A DNA stretch of 63,984 nucleotides, the filler included, from Basidioascus undulatus (lineage: Eukaryota): assembly GCA_000826855.1 (NCBI GenBank). It is 8 parts of 8 records of this genome, joined end to end, with 100 filler letters (N's around TTAATTAATTAA, not from the genome) between each part and the next. Parts side by side here need not be neighbours in the genome. Positions count along the whole stretch, not along the records: positions 48,171 to 53,539 come from JTLS01001954.1; positions 53,640 to 59,006 come from JTLS01001955.1; positions 59,107 to 63,984 come from JTLS01002048.1; 5 more parts are not named here. One strand, given 5' to 3'. Position 1 is the stretch's first letter. Every line of letters starts with the position of its first letter. Positions 51,680-63,984 of this stretch are shown here, piece after piece. The translations under genes and the position numbers were made by a program. The notes below the pieces were generated by a model, which was not told where the DNA came from, searched no databases, and saw only the letters and a program-made list of their open reading frames with translations.

Positions 51680-53539
51680 ATGTGTGAGCTCACAGAATTT
51701 ACAGATAGCTACAGTGCTTTCGCTCACACTTACTCCCCGACCGCAGCCCGCCCATCTCTAGCTCAGCAGCTCGCTCTGCTGGACGAGCCCGCTCCGGCAG
51801 GTACGCAGTTTATGTAGCGCTTCCAGCCGAGGCGACAGTCGGGTTTACATTGCATCCTCTGAATCAGACTTTGACCCCGAGGACAACTTCTACGCGGATG
51901 GCGCGAACTCGGACGACGAGGCTGCTGCGCCGGGCGAGGGAGACGGGAGGGAACACTACGTCGAGGTCGGGTGCGTGCCACCGTTTCTGCTCTGTGTGCG
52001 AGGCGCTTGCCGGGTGAGCTGAAATGCCTTGGATCTGGGTGTAGGCCCTCGGGGCTGCGCGCAAATGCGTCGAGGAAGAACGCTGCGCTGGACGACCCCA
52101 AGTACGCCGGGAAGAAGTCGTCCCGGATGGCGATCTTCGACGACGACGATGAGTCGGAGGAGGAGGAAGAGGGAGGGGATGAGGAAGAGGAGGACGAGGA
52201 AGACGAGGAAGAGGAGGGCGGTGCGGGTGAGGGTATGGACGCGGACGAGGCGGACGACTCAACGCTCGAGGGCGACGAGGCGGCGGAGGAGCCTTGGGAG
52301 CCCGCGGCACCATTCGGCGCGCCCTCTGCTTCCCCCACTCCTTCCCTATCACCCTCCCCTGCGGATTCCGGCTCTGAGGACGAGGACGAGGACGAGGACA
52401 AGGCGCAGCCGTCGCGCTCTGCGGCGGACGCGGAGCTCCTCGCGCGCTTGCGGACGTCCGCGCAGGCGGACCAAGAGAAAGGCCAGGCGGTCAAGGGGCA
52501 GTTGGTGCGTCTTATTTATTCTCCGTGGTGAAGTTCGGAAGCGGGCTGCTGAAATTGTGGTTTGGGGTCGGGTGCGGAGCAGGCGCTGTACGACCAGCTC
52601 TTGACGATGCGGATCGGGATGCAGAAGGCCGTAGGGAAGGGGAACGACCTCGCTGCGCAGGGAGACAGTGTGTGGGCACAGGTGAGTGGGCATGGCGACT
52701 GGAGAGGGTGGTGTAGCATATGAGGTCTGACGAGGTGGATGAGTGCGTAGGACTTCCAAGAAGATGTGCAGCAGACGTTGGCTGCATTGGCGGAGCTGAG
52801 CGAAGGGCTGTTTACCTTGCGTGAGGTGGGTCGTTCCGGAAGAGCTTCGAGCGGAGGATACCCATTGACATTGTGTTCCTTTCACAGAAATTTGTCGTTG
52901 ACGACGGAGAAATCTCGCCCTCTTCCCTCCCATCCCGCAAACGCCCGCACTCGACTTCCGCCGCGTACTTCACCGCCGCCGCCGCGTACTCCCAAAACCT
53001 GACCTCCCTGTACGCCCTTCTCTCCTCATCTCATCTCGCACACTCGCTCACCATTTCCTGCGCCACTCCCTTCGCACAGCTACGCCCCGCACCTTACCGC
53101 CACGCTCCAAAAGACGTCCGCGCGCATCGCGCTCGCGGCGCCCGGCGCGGCAGCCGCATCGAATAAGTTCAAAGCTGTCAACCAAGACGCCGCCGCGCAG
53201 GTCGAGGACGCGCTGCGCGAAATCGGCCGCCTGCGCGAGCGCGTCGGCGTGCGCCGCGGTGGCCCGGACGGCGCGGCGGGCGCGGGCGAATTCGACCCGG
53301 AGGTGTTTGACGATGCGGACTTCTACCAGGCGCTCTTGAGGGAGGTCATTGACTCCCGGGCGGGCGGGGCGGGGTAGTCGCTGAAGGTGGAAACGTGCGG
53401 GAGAAGAGGGCTGATGGTGTTCTTGAGCGGGGCAGCCGACGGAGCGGACGACTTTGCGCTGCCCGCGCCGAAGAAGAAGGTCAAAAAGGTGGTGGACACG
53501 AAGGCGTCCAAAGGCCGCAAACTCCGGTCCGTCTGCATC
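51680..53539 (+). CDS. BFR2: Bfr2/AATF SSU-processome protein (TRAUB domain), 3'-truncated
   Basis: SLAQQLA..DFDPED..GREHYVEVG|PS; LDDPKYAGK; acidic tract; KGQAVKGQL|ALYDQLL.MRIGMQKAV; VFDDADFYQALLREVI; KVVDTKASKGRKLR. Confidence 0.94.
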
Positions 53540-53639
53540 NNNNNNNNNNNNNNNNNNNNNNNNNNNNNNNNNNNNNNNNNNNNTTAATTAATTAANNNNN
53601 NNNNNNNNNNNNNNNNNNNNNNNNNNNNNNNNNNNNNNN

Positions 53640-56600
53640 CCCTGACTCGCCCGCCGGTGAGCGCCCGACGAACCGCGCCGCCGCGGCGCTCGCGAGCGAG
53701 AACGAGAGCCTGCGCCAGGCGAACGCCAATAAGGAGCGCGTCATCTCCGGGCTCCAGAAGCAGCTCAGGGCAGAGAAGGCCGGCGTCGTGGAGCTCAAGC
53801 GCAAGCTCTCCAAGGCGAAGGGCTTGGAGGACGACGACGTGAGCCCCGACGAGAGCGAGGAGGACGAGGTTGACGTGCCGGAGAGCGCGGTGGAGACGCC
53901 TTCGCGCGCCAGGGCGGGACGCGGAAGGGCCAGGGGCAGGGGCGGCGCGCCCTTGCTTGGCAGGCGGCGCGTTGGGGTGGAGCAAGAGGCTGAGGAGGAG
54001 GAAGGCGAACCCGTCGAGAGTGTGCGTCTGATGTTTTCTGTGCTGATTCCTTCAGTTCATGATTGTGAACTGACCCGCACGCGTTCTCGCAGATCGACGA
54101 CTCCCCCGCCTCGCGCCCCGAGTCGCTGGACGGCGGCATCGACCCCGCCTTCGCCGACGTCCTCGGTAAGGCCTTCGCCACGCCCGCGAAGCAGAAGTAC
54201 AACGCCTCCCCGCTTGTCCGCCAAGTGCACACGTACCCCTCCCCGCCCGCCTCGGAGGACGACGACGAGGAGGCCTCCCCCGCCCCCGTCGCGTCCGCCC
54301 GCCGCCGCACCGCGCAGCCCAAGCCGCGCATCGTCAGCGCCGACTTCGCACCCGGCGCGCTCGCTGCGGAGCTCGGCGCCGAGCGCTTCGACACACCCGA
54401 GAAGGCGCGGCTGCATGAGGAGGGCGAGGAGGACGAGACATTCGAGGTCCCCCGTCAACTGGTCGAGACGGCTGAGGTAGCCGTCGGCACAGACCCGGTG
54501 GAGGCGGAGGTTGTCGAGGTGCGTGGAGGCGCTTGGGTTCTGCTTCGCTGGTCGGAACGCGACTGGCTGATCTTGAGGCGGGGAGCGGACAGAAAATCGT
54601 CGAGGTCCCGGTCGAGAAAATCGTCGAGAAGACGGTCGAGGTTCCCGTGGAGGTGCGTGGTGGATCGAGGGGCTGATGCGATAGGCATGAAACTAATCGG
54701 CTGCTTGGGCTTGTGGGAGAGCAGAAGATCGTCAACGTCCCGGTCGAAGTGGAGAAGATCGTCGAGAAGACGGTGGAGGTGCCCGTCGAGGTAAGGCAGC
54801 TTTGTCGGGAAGTACCGGTCAAGCGGAGGCTGATTTGTTGATGGGCGTGCAGCGCATCGTCGAGGTCGAGGTAGGGCATTGTCCCGAGAGGGAAAGAAGA
54901 CAGACGTGTTCATCGGTTGACTTGATTCTGTTCGTCAGAAAATCGTCGTGAAGACCGTCGAGGTGCCCGTCGAGGTGAGCGTTGCTCATAGATGCGCTCC
55001 GCGAAGCTAAGCTGACGGACGTCGTCTGGGCAGAAAATCGTCGAGCGCGTCGTGCAGGTCCCGATCGAGGTCATCAAGGTCGAGGAGCGCCTCATCGAGC
55101 GCGAACGCCCGCCGATGACCGAGCTCGCGATCCAGACGGACGATGTGCCACCGCCCGCGGTGGAGAAGATCGTGGAGAAGATCGTCTACGTCGACGTGAG
55201 TCTCGTTCTCAGCCATTGAAAAGCCATGAGTGCGTTCATTGACATGGGATGTTGCACGCGAGCAGAAGGTCGTCGACCGCCCGGTCGAAGTCGTCAAGGT
55301 CGAGGAGCGGGTCGTGGCGCCTACCAAGCCGGAAACGAGCGACGCGGGCGTCCAGAACACCCCTGCCCCGCCCGCGCCGGCCACGCCGCGCTCATCGCGG
55401 GCGTTCAGCGAGGACTACCGGCGCGACACGCTCCGCGCCATTCCTGCCTCGGGCTACGCCACGTTGTCAGACGACGACGACGCAAAGACTGAGATGGGCT
55501 TCGAGACGGGCACCGAGACCGAGACCGAGACCGACTGGGAGGACGCACGCGAGCATGCGCCTACGCCTGGTCCCTCGCTCCCGAACTCGTCGGAGGCCGA
55601 CTTCCACAGCGCGCGGTCATCGAGCCGCGCATCGACCGTCGCTGGCGGGTACCACTCCGCGCGCTCGAGCCGGATGGGCCATTACTCGGACGAGGACGCC
55701 TTCGACTCGGACCTCGAAGGCATCACGCGCTCCCTCGGCCCCGCGCCGGACGGCCTCGACGCTGCGAGCCCCTACCCCTACCGCTCTCGGCACCTGCAAC
55801 TCGCGCGCGGGGTCTCCCCCATCCCTCCCCTGCCGCCTACGCCCAAGCCGGAACTGCACGACGTATCGACCGAGGCGAAGCCCGCCGCCCGCGAGACGTC
55901 GACCCAGACCGAGAGCGCGTGGGTCGCTCCGGCCGGCGAGGTCGGTATCACCCGGATCGGCACGAACGGCGTTCCCCAGCCTGTCGAGCTCGTCCGTACC
56001 GGCCTTCCGCCGGTCACGGGCGGATCAGCCAGCCTTCTCGCTGTCTCCAAGACGGAGCGTCCCCGCGACTCTGCGGGCACGTTTGGCATCGAACGCCCCA
56101 CGTCGGTCACCAGTCGCACCTCTACGCTCGACCGACGCGGCTCCGTCGCCTCCACGCGCTCGATGGCGACTGTGCAGGAGCAGTCAATGACGATGCCCGG
56201 CTCACCGGGCAGCCTACTCAGCTTCTCCTCCGCCGTGGATAAATCGCGTCCGCCGGCGATGGTCATGCCGCCCCCGCCGAGTGCGCCGCCTCCGCCGAGT
56301 GCGCCGCCGAGTGCGCTGCCGCCGCCGAGTGCGCTGCCGCCGCCGGGCGTGTCCCACGTGCGCAAGACCCCGAGCGGCCTCACCTACGGCGGTCCCCCTC
56401 CGCCGCGCCCGATTTCCCCCCCTCCACCGGAGCTCATCCAGCGCGCAATGACGCCCACCGCGTACCACAGTCGTCCGTCGGGCTCGACCCTCACTGTGCC
56501 CGGCACCTCGTCGCGCCAGCACGGCTCGAGCATGCCCCCTCCCTCGAGCATTCCACTGCGGCACGCGCAGTCAACGACGACTTTCCGCTCGTCGATCGAC

Positions 56601-58377
56601 ATGCTCACGAGCGCGGACCGCGAAGGCCTGACGGGCACGCCCAACAGCATCTACGCTGCCGCTGGTGCGAGTGAGAGCCGGCACAACTTCAAGCGCCGTC
56701 ACGAGCAGCAGTCGTCCGCGTCGTTTGGCTCGGACGGCTCGCACTCCGGTCGCAGGCAGTCCGTCTCGTCGGCGGGCACGAGCGACAACGGCGATGTTGG
56801 CCTGCCTGTCGAAGGGCAGACGGACTCCGCTTCCGGAGGCTCGACCGACCCGGCCATCATTCACGCGATCACGCAGACAATGATCGGTGCGTATTCGTCG
56901 CCAAACTTGAACGTCCTGTTCGACGCTGACGCGTTTGTTTCTCCATTGATAGGCGAGTTCCTGCACAAGTACACTCGCCGAGTCATGGGCAAGGGCATCT
57001 CCGAGAAGCGGCACAAGCGTTTCTTCTGGCTTCACCCTTACAACAAGGTCCGTTATGCGCATTCGACTGCGTAATCGAGCGGGTCTGACCAACAGTCTAC
57101 ATCTCCAGACGCTCTACTGGAGCTCGGCGGACCCTGGCGGGCACAACGTCAGCGAGTCGAGCGCCAAGAGTGGTGAGTTGTCCGATCAGGGCCTGTATCT
57201 TGCGTGAGCCGGGAAGCTGATACAGGAAGGGCATCCCACAGTCTACATCGAGTCCGTTAACGCTATGGAGGATCACAACCCTTCGCCGCCTGGGCTGCAC
57301 CACCAGAGCTTGCTCGTTCAGACTGCCAACCAGCGCGTCATCAAGCTTACGGCGCCGACTCGTGAGTTGCTGGTGGCGATCATATTTTTCCTTGTCCGGG
57401 GGCTGATTACTTTGTGTGACAGGCGAGCGGCACGAGATGTGGCTCAGCGTGCGTTGCTCAGCGTTGACTTTCTCGATGCAGTTGCTGATGTTGAAGGCGT
57501 TGTCCGCAGGCTCTCAACTACCTGCTTCAGCGCAAGCCGACGACCTCGGCCGAGACGGACAACGAGTTCAGCGTGACGCCCAGCGCGCCCGCGCCTCCTC
57601 GTTCGTCAACGGGCGCGCAGCGGAGCATGCCCCCGCCTTCCCCAGCCAGCGCGCGAACTGGCTACTCTGGCGAAGGCGGCTTCAATATCACGCCGCGTGC
57701 GCGCCAGACCGCCTCGAGGCTCTCCAACTCCTCCTCTGTCGGCAAACGCTCGGGCACACCCGCGAAGGAGTACCTCCGCAACTACTCTCATCTCGGAAGT
57801 CCAGGAGCGCGTTCCGTACACGCCGACTTCGCACCGGGCGGAGACTACGACTATATCCGCCCGGACGATGCGATGGACGACGACGACGAGTTTGAGGGCC
57901 TGGAGGACCCGAGGGTGTGCTGTGGTGGTGAGCTCTCCCAACGACTGGGGGGGACTTTTGGAGGCGCTTATCGGTCTGCTATTGTAGGCCGCCACACCGT
58001 CGCCGGACTGCAGCACAACTGGGACTCGGAGGTGCACAAGAACCACCAGCACCTCCGACACAAGTACGTGCATCGGCATGGGAACGACGTCGAGCCCCCG
58101 GCGCCCGCGGCAATCTCTCCCTCGCACTACTCGGTTCGTGTACTGTTCTGCCCATTTGCCTGTTCGTTACTCATGCACTCGCCGATTACAGTTCCGCTCA
58201 CGAGGCTCGAGCTCGGCGTCTGGCGGCGCGTCGACGAACTGGACTGGCTCGCTCAACATCCGCAAGCACCGCTCCCGCTCGTCGGTCTCCAACTCGAAGT
58301 TCCTCGCCGTCGGCACCGCGCCGTCCATTCAGCCAGGCCCAGCCTCCAGTTCCGCCAGCGTCCGGTCTCAGCGATAG
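53640..58377 (+). CDS. NUM1: Num1/ApsA/Mcp5-like cortical dynein anchor with C-terminal PH domain, 5'-truncated
   Basis: Coiled-coil; VEVPVEKIVEK repeats; TDPAIIHAITQTMIG|EFLHKYTRR..RHKRFFWLHPYNK|TLYWSS..KLTAPT|RERHEMW (Mcp5_PH-type). Confidence 0.88.
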
Positions 58378-58956
58378 AATATTTTTTCTCCACGCACACG
58401 CACACGCATTTCGTTCTTTGCTGAGTCTGTTTTTCTCCCGCCTGGACCCTAATCGCGTACGGTCGCCCTTCTTGATCATTCCCTCTGTTCTTCTTCCTCT
58501 GCGTCGACTTTTCTTTGTCTTTGTTATGCTCCGCAAAGCAGTGCAACACTATGTTCGGTCGCACGCATCTGAATATGCACATGATTCGCGATACTCTACA
58601 TTACGGACTGCAGCGTGGCATGCCGGGAACAAAAAGCAGCTGGAAAAATACATTTGAGAGACTAGATAAGATTGACGAGGGCGTGCTACTGTGAGAGGTC
58701 AGACGTGGGGGTGGTTTGGACTTGGTTGAGCAGAGTGGTGGTGGCGGCTGTATAGTGGCAGGTGCGCTTCGCGTCGACGCAGTCGAGCAAGGCAAGATTG
58801 GCGGGGTGTGTGCACATGTCCCCATGAGTAATTGTTGACTATGAAAGATTTTTCAGATGTACCCTCTTCTTACGGTACTTCACTTATTGGTAGGTTTCTG
58901 GCGCAGGTTTGCGGATGAGTCGGAACTGGAAAGGAAGGGGCAAAGACGATACACGT

Positions 58957-59006
58957 GGTTCTTTAGCTCATCTGGGAGAGCGTCAGATTGAAGTCCTGAA
59001 GGTACC
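58957..59006 (+). tRNA. tRNA-Phe(GAA), 3'-truncated at the contig end
   Basis: TAGCTCATCTGGGAGAGCG D-arm; TCAGA-TTGAAGT-CCTGA anticodon arm with one mismatch; AGGTA variable loop. Confidence 0.75.
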
Positions 59007-59106
59007 NNNNNNNNNNNNNNNNNNNNNNNNNNNNNNNNNNNNNNNNNNNNTTAATTAATTAANNNNNNNNNNNNNNNNNNNNNNNNNNNNNNNNNNNNNN
59101 NNNNNN

Positions 59107-59567
59107 GAGTTCGGGGGGGGGGAGGGTGTTAGATTGAGGGGTTGACGTGTGTGGAGATAGGAGAAGTGGAATAGAACGCACTGCTCTGAGACCGCCGCGT
59201 TTCCGCCCAAAGCGAGAGGCTCCCAGATCGTGTACCCCACGGACGTGCCCGAGCAGCCCTCATCCTGGATGACGCCACCCCCAGCCTTCTGGTAGCAGTA
59301 CCCGAAGACCCCGAACTGTCCCCGACGTATCAAGGGAGAAGGAAGAAACGTCAGGTGGGAGGGAGAAGGTGGAGGAGGCAGAGGGAGGGAACGGGAAGGA
59401 GGGGGACGCACCCAGCCTGCAGAGCCGTGCTCGAGCTGGACGTGAAGGAAGGAAAACTTTGACACGGGGGAGGTGAAGTGGACTGCGAGGAGGAGGATCG
59501 CGGAGACGAAGGAGACCATGAGGGACGGCAGGGCTTGGATCCCGGGGAGGTTCTGGAGGAAGCCCAT
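59107..59567 (-). CDS. SUR7/PalI(Rim9) family membrane protein, 5' part
   Basis: N-terminal TM FVSAILLLAVHFTSPV..FLHV; FGVFGYC..CSGTSVGY (FG.FGYC..CS...GY signature). Confidence 0.82.
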
Positions 59568-60292
59568 CGTGGCGTGTCGTCGACGAGAAGAAGAGCGAAG
59601 AGTCCGTGTGTGTCGTTGGGCTTGTAAGTCGTGTGGGACGTGTAAATGGGATTCGTGCAGTGGGTGTGGTGATGGTAAAGTCACAAGAGAGGGTAGAGCA
59701 GAGCAACAGTCGATGTCGTCGCGGTCGTGCTGCGTCGTGCTGCGGGCTACGTAAAGTCGGGTCCCTCAAGAAATGAGGGTGCAGCAGCGGACGCTGGTGG
59801 TTCGGATTCAACTGCCCGCCTCCTCTCCTTTCTTTTTTCACAACACGTCCGATCCTGACCATTTTATCCACTAATATTAATGGTATCGTTCCAATTGTGG
59901 GCGCTATAAAATCGATATCGAGTTGCCCGACACGACACATATGCAAGGGCGCGAGGCCGACGCGCACTCAAAATCCCGACGCCGCGCCACATGCCTCGAG
60001 GCGCTTTCCAGCTTGCGGGCAACTGCGGTTGTTTGCGGGGAACGAGATCCGTGGATGCGCGGAAACCGCACGGATTCCGAGTGGGTGTTGGGCAAGCCCG
60101 AGACGGTGACTGGCCTGCTACAGCTCGCGGCTTGCAGCTTGGACACTGATCACGTCGCCACCTGGCCACTCACCGGTTTTCTCTTACAACCTCACTCACA
60201 CTCACACCCACAAACCACTGCTGCTTTTGCTCGCTGCTGTTTGGACTCTCTGCATCTGAGCTGCTCGGCAGCTGTACATATCACAGTCCAAG

Positions 60293-63200
60293 ATGACTTC
60301 GGTGTGTCCCCTCCTGTCGCACTCAGCACCCTCGACACACCCACTCACCTCCCCCTCCTCCCAAGCAGTTCGCAGCCCTAATGAAGATGGCGAAAGCGAC
60401 ATCCTCCGCGTCCGAGGCGTCCCTGCGCGCGGCGCAGCGCGAGCGCGAGGAGGCCGCGGCGCGTGAGCGGCGCGAGCGCGAGCGCAAGGAGCGCGAGGCC
60501 AAGGAGCTTGCGGATCGCCTTGCGCGGAAGGCGCGCGAGCGCGCGAGAGAGGAGGAGGCGCGCAGGGAGAAGCTCAGGAAGGAACGGGAGGAGCGGAGGA
60601 GGGAGGAGGAGGAGCTGGAAGGACTGAGGAAGGGCAGGAAGGTGAGTGGGGCGTGCGATAGGGGTGCGGAGAGTTCGCGGCGTTGTTTGGAGATGGTGGA
60701 CCCAGCCAGCCAATCCATCCACCTATAAAGGGAAACCCATTTACAAACACCTCCCTTTGTTCCTCTCCCAACCAAACAGCCCCTCACCCCCGGCTCCACC
60801 TCGACCGCAAGCCTCAACGGCGCCGGCGGCTCGCGGGCGCGCTCGACCGCCTCGCCGTCCGACTCGGAGCCGCTCACGCGCGAGGAGAAGCGCAAGCTCG
60901 CGCAGCTGCGCCAGATGGGCGAGAGCGTGTCGCGCAAGACGGTTCTCCAGCGTAGCAGGCTGGCGAAGCCTGAGCGGCTGAAGGGTGGTGCGTCACACGC
61001 TTCGTCCCCCCTCTGCCCCATCGTCCTCCTCCCATCCATACTCTTCCATCCTGCACTTCTTTCTTACGTCTCCCTTCTACCTTCTGTTACATGTTCGTGA
61101 CGTCACACCCACCCTCCCCTCAGGCGCCTACAATACCCTCTCCACTTCCTCGCACCCCTCCGCGAGCGTGGCCGGGGACGGGAAGACCGCGCGCGCGCGG
61201 CTCGTCTCGTCGATGGACAGCATGTCCGGCCTCGTCAAGCTCAACCAGCAGAAGCGCGACCTGCGCACGATCGACGAGATCGAGCATGACCTCCGCGCGA
61301 AGCGCGGGAACGCAAAGACGCCCGCGGGGCCGATCGACTTCTTCGCCGGGGGCAAGAAGCGGGACGCTTCGGCTGAGAGGGAGAGAGAGCGGTCCAGGGA
61401 GCGCGATCCGAAGAAGGCGAGGCTGTCCGCTCCCACTCTGGGCAAGGCCGCCTCCGCATCTTCATTGAAGAGCCCGCGCTCCTCTTCCTCCTCCGCCGCA
61501 GCTAAAGCCTCCTCCGCCAAATCCGCCCCCACCCGCCGGCGCTCGCCCACCCCGCCCTCGGACTACTCCGACGACGACGATTCGGACGGCCTCGACCGCG
61601 GCCGCTCGCGTGGGGGCCGGGGAGGGAGTGGAGGCAGGGGAGGGGGTGGAGGGAAGGACATCTCGAGCGAGATTTGGCAGATCTTTGGGAAGCGCAAGGA
61701 GGAGTACCTCGGACGGGACTACAACTCGGACGACGAGGACATGGAGGCGGGCGCGGAGGCGCTCAGGGCGGAGGAGCTCAGGTCGTGCGTCCGCTGTTTC
61801 CCTTCTCCCCATCCCACGTTTCCCATTTGCCCTCTACCCCTCCGTTCTACTCCTCCCGGCTTTCTGGTGTGGCTGTGGGACACACACTAATATATGGTGG
61901 GACGGCACGCCAGCATGCGCGCCGCAAAGAAGGAGGACGAGATGGAGGAGGAGGCGGAGCGCCGGCGCGAGGCGGATAAGCGCCGGCGACGCAAGGAGAA
62001 GGAGAAGGCCGGGAAGCAAGCACTGCCGGAGGAGGTCGCTGCGCTGCCTGTTGTCTGGAAGGGCGAGGTGTGCAACAATTTTCAGTACTTTGGAAGTTTT
62101 CGAACTAACTTCGTACCTCGTACCTCTTTCCTGCGGCACAGGTGATCCTACCCGACATCGGTAAGTTCGCGGGCGTCGCGCGCGAGGTGGGGGGGCACCG
62201 TCTCGGCTCGTCGTCGTCCGTCTGGAAGCGGATCTTCCCCTCGCGAGAGGCCGTCCTCGGCGGTCGCGCGCCAGAAGACTCCGCTGCGGACTACGTGCGC
62301 AAGGCGCAGGACGGGACGAACCGCGACGTCGCGCTCCTGCTCGTCACGCTCGACCCGGCGGCGGCGGGCGAGGAGGCGGGCGAGAAGGCCGTCCAGACTG
62401 TGGCTGATAGCTTGAAGAACCGGAGGTGCGTTTTCTCCTCTCCGTTACTCTTGTCTTTTTCTTGTGAAGCCGGCTTTGATGACTGACTGCGTGTGTGTGG
62501 TGTGCGACAGCCGGTACGGCGTCATCCCCCCTACGCCCAAGACCGCTTACCGCGACCTGTACTTCGTCCCGCTCAAGGCGTCCGACCCGCTCCCGCGCTT
62601 CGCCTCTCGCGTCAGGGGGCACAAGATCCCCGTCGAGCGCGAGCATGACATGTTCCTCGGCGTCGTCATCATTCCCAAAGGCGCGCTCAGCAAGCCCTCT
62701 CGCGCCCCTTCGACGTCCGCCCCCGTCCCCGCCCCGCACACCTACTACGCACCTCCCCCACCGCCGTTCCTCCCCTACCCGCACCCTCAACCAGAGCAGC
62801 AGTTTGCTCCCCAGCCATCGCTGCACCAGATACAGACGCCGGCGCCCTCGTGCCACGCCCTGCCCTCCCAACCTCAACCACCCGCACCCGCACCCGCACA
62901 CGGAGCTACTCGACAAGACGCCGCACCCTCACCCGCACCCGCACCCCCCGCTGCACGTTTCGGCCTTCCCCCTCCGCCCTCGCACGTCCCCAGCAACGGC
63001 ACGCCTGGAGAAGGGCCAGCTTCTCGAAGGACCCACATTGGGCAGGCCTCATCGCCCGTTCCGCCCTCCGTCCCCAGCACCAGGACCGGCGCGCGTGCTC
63101 CGGACGCCGCACCCGCTCCCGCACCTGCCGCGCACCGACATGCGCCCGCGCCCGCACCGGCTCTTCGAGGCGGCAGTGCGCCTGCCGAAACAGCGCAGGC

Positions 63201-63984
63201 GCCGGCGAGGCCAGGGTCGGAGGCCCACCTCCCTCGCGAACACGACAGCCGGGAGACCGCTCGACGGGATCTCCCGCCCGCACCGGACGGACCTGCCGCT
63301 GCCGCCGTACACTTCGCAATTGCACAGCCGAAGACGGCGAAGACGGACGAGCAGTCGCGGGGTCTGCAGGGTGAGACCACACCGACTCACGTTGTTCAAG
63401 TTCGTCATCTCCATCTCCCTGCCTTCTTTGTCCCGTTCCCCCGTTCCTCATCGTCTTCCTGGTCCTGACCTGATCTGTCTCGTCTCGTCTCGCCTCGTCT
63501 CATCTCGTCCCGTCCCGTCTCGTCTCGTCTCTCCCCTAGTCCAAGCCGCATGCGTCCCCGTCTTCCGCCCTGTCCGACGCGGACGCAGCACGTCATGCTG
63601 CCCTGCTTCCGACACGGGCACCGCAGCTCCTCAAAACCCCAGCAGCTGCACCAGCAGCGGTAGCAGCATCCCCTCCCCCTCCGCAGCCGCAGCCGCCGCA
63701 GTTGCAGTTCGCCATGCAGGACAGGACGATGGTCGCCCCCGCTCTGTCCCAGTCGACTCCGCCGCCCATTACTGCCCCCGTCCCATCCGCCGAGATGGCG
63801 TTCCCCCGCTTGGCGCCGCTGCCTCCCCCGCCGCCGGCCGCGTCCCTTCCCCCGTCCCCACCACCCTCCTCCACCTCCAACGGCTCCACGTCGTCGCACA
63901 CGCACGGGTTCACGCACGGGTGCACGCACGCCCCGCGCCCGCACCGCCCACACCCTGAGGACCCGCACCTCCGCCGGCCGACAC
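60293..63984 (+). CDS. SPT2: Spt2 chromatin protein continuing in frame into a SPOC domain and a Pro-rich tail, open at the window end
   Basis: MTS|FAALM; LVKLNQQKRDLRTIDEIE; DISSEIWQIFGK..YNSDDEDMEAGA..EELRS|MRAAKKED (SPT2 domain). Then LPVVWKGE|VILP..AREVGG..LGGR..RYGVI..RDLYFVPL..FLGVVI (SPOC-like). Confidence 0.82.

Noticed and set aside
56265..56345. Short tandem repeat CCGCCGAGTGCG(C)
   Set aside because: Ordinary coding repeat (PPPSA) within the Pro-rich region of the Num1-like protein.
26176..59106. Regularly spaced (~5.4 kb) TTAATTAATTAA palindromes within N runs
   Set aside because: Artificial six-frame-stop linkers between similarly sized contigs; not biological repeats or CRISPR.

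Overview
GC-rich, intron-dense fungal genomic DNA, basidiomycete-like and probably Pucciniomycotina. It is not one locus: a contig of at least 26 kb is followed by six ~5.35-5.39 kb contigs and a final partial one, joined by artificial 100-bp N/TTAATTAATTAA/N spacers, so genes on either side of a spacer are not linked. Recognisable genes are betaine-lipid synthase BTA1, a Zn2Cys6 transcription factor, a 2OG-Fe(II) dioxygenase, a MYND-finger protein, VAC8 (5' part), a PhzF-like isomerase, a CE4 chitin deacetylase, Aurora kinase (3' part), TANGO2/NRDE, SEN1 (N-terminal part), a C2H2 factor, BFR2, a Num1/ApsA-like PH protein, a PalI/SUR7 protein and SPT2. There are also four tRNA genes, a TA-flanked MITE, and several decayed genes and transposon relics. 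The most notable observations are two apparent in-frame gene fusions inside contigs: a Prp16 N-terminus joined to a Chs4/Skt5-type Sel1-CaaX C-terminus, and Spt2 joined to a SPOC domain. Either could be real or an assembly chimera. A 5-exon, 120-aa, 8-Cys secreted protein missed by the ORF track and phase-0 micro-exons encoding VPV repeats in the Num1-like gene also stand out. Exon boundaries were read by eye and family calls come from motif recognition, not database searches.
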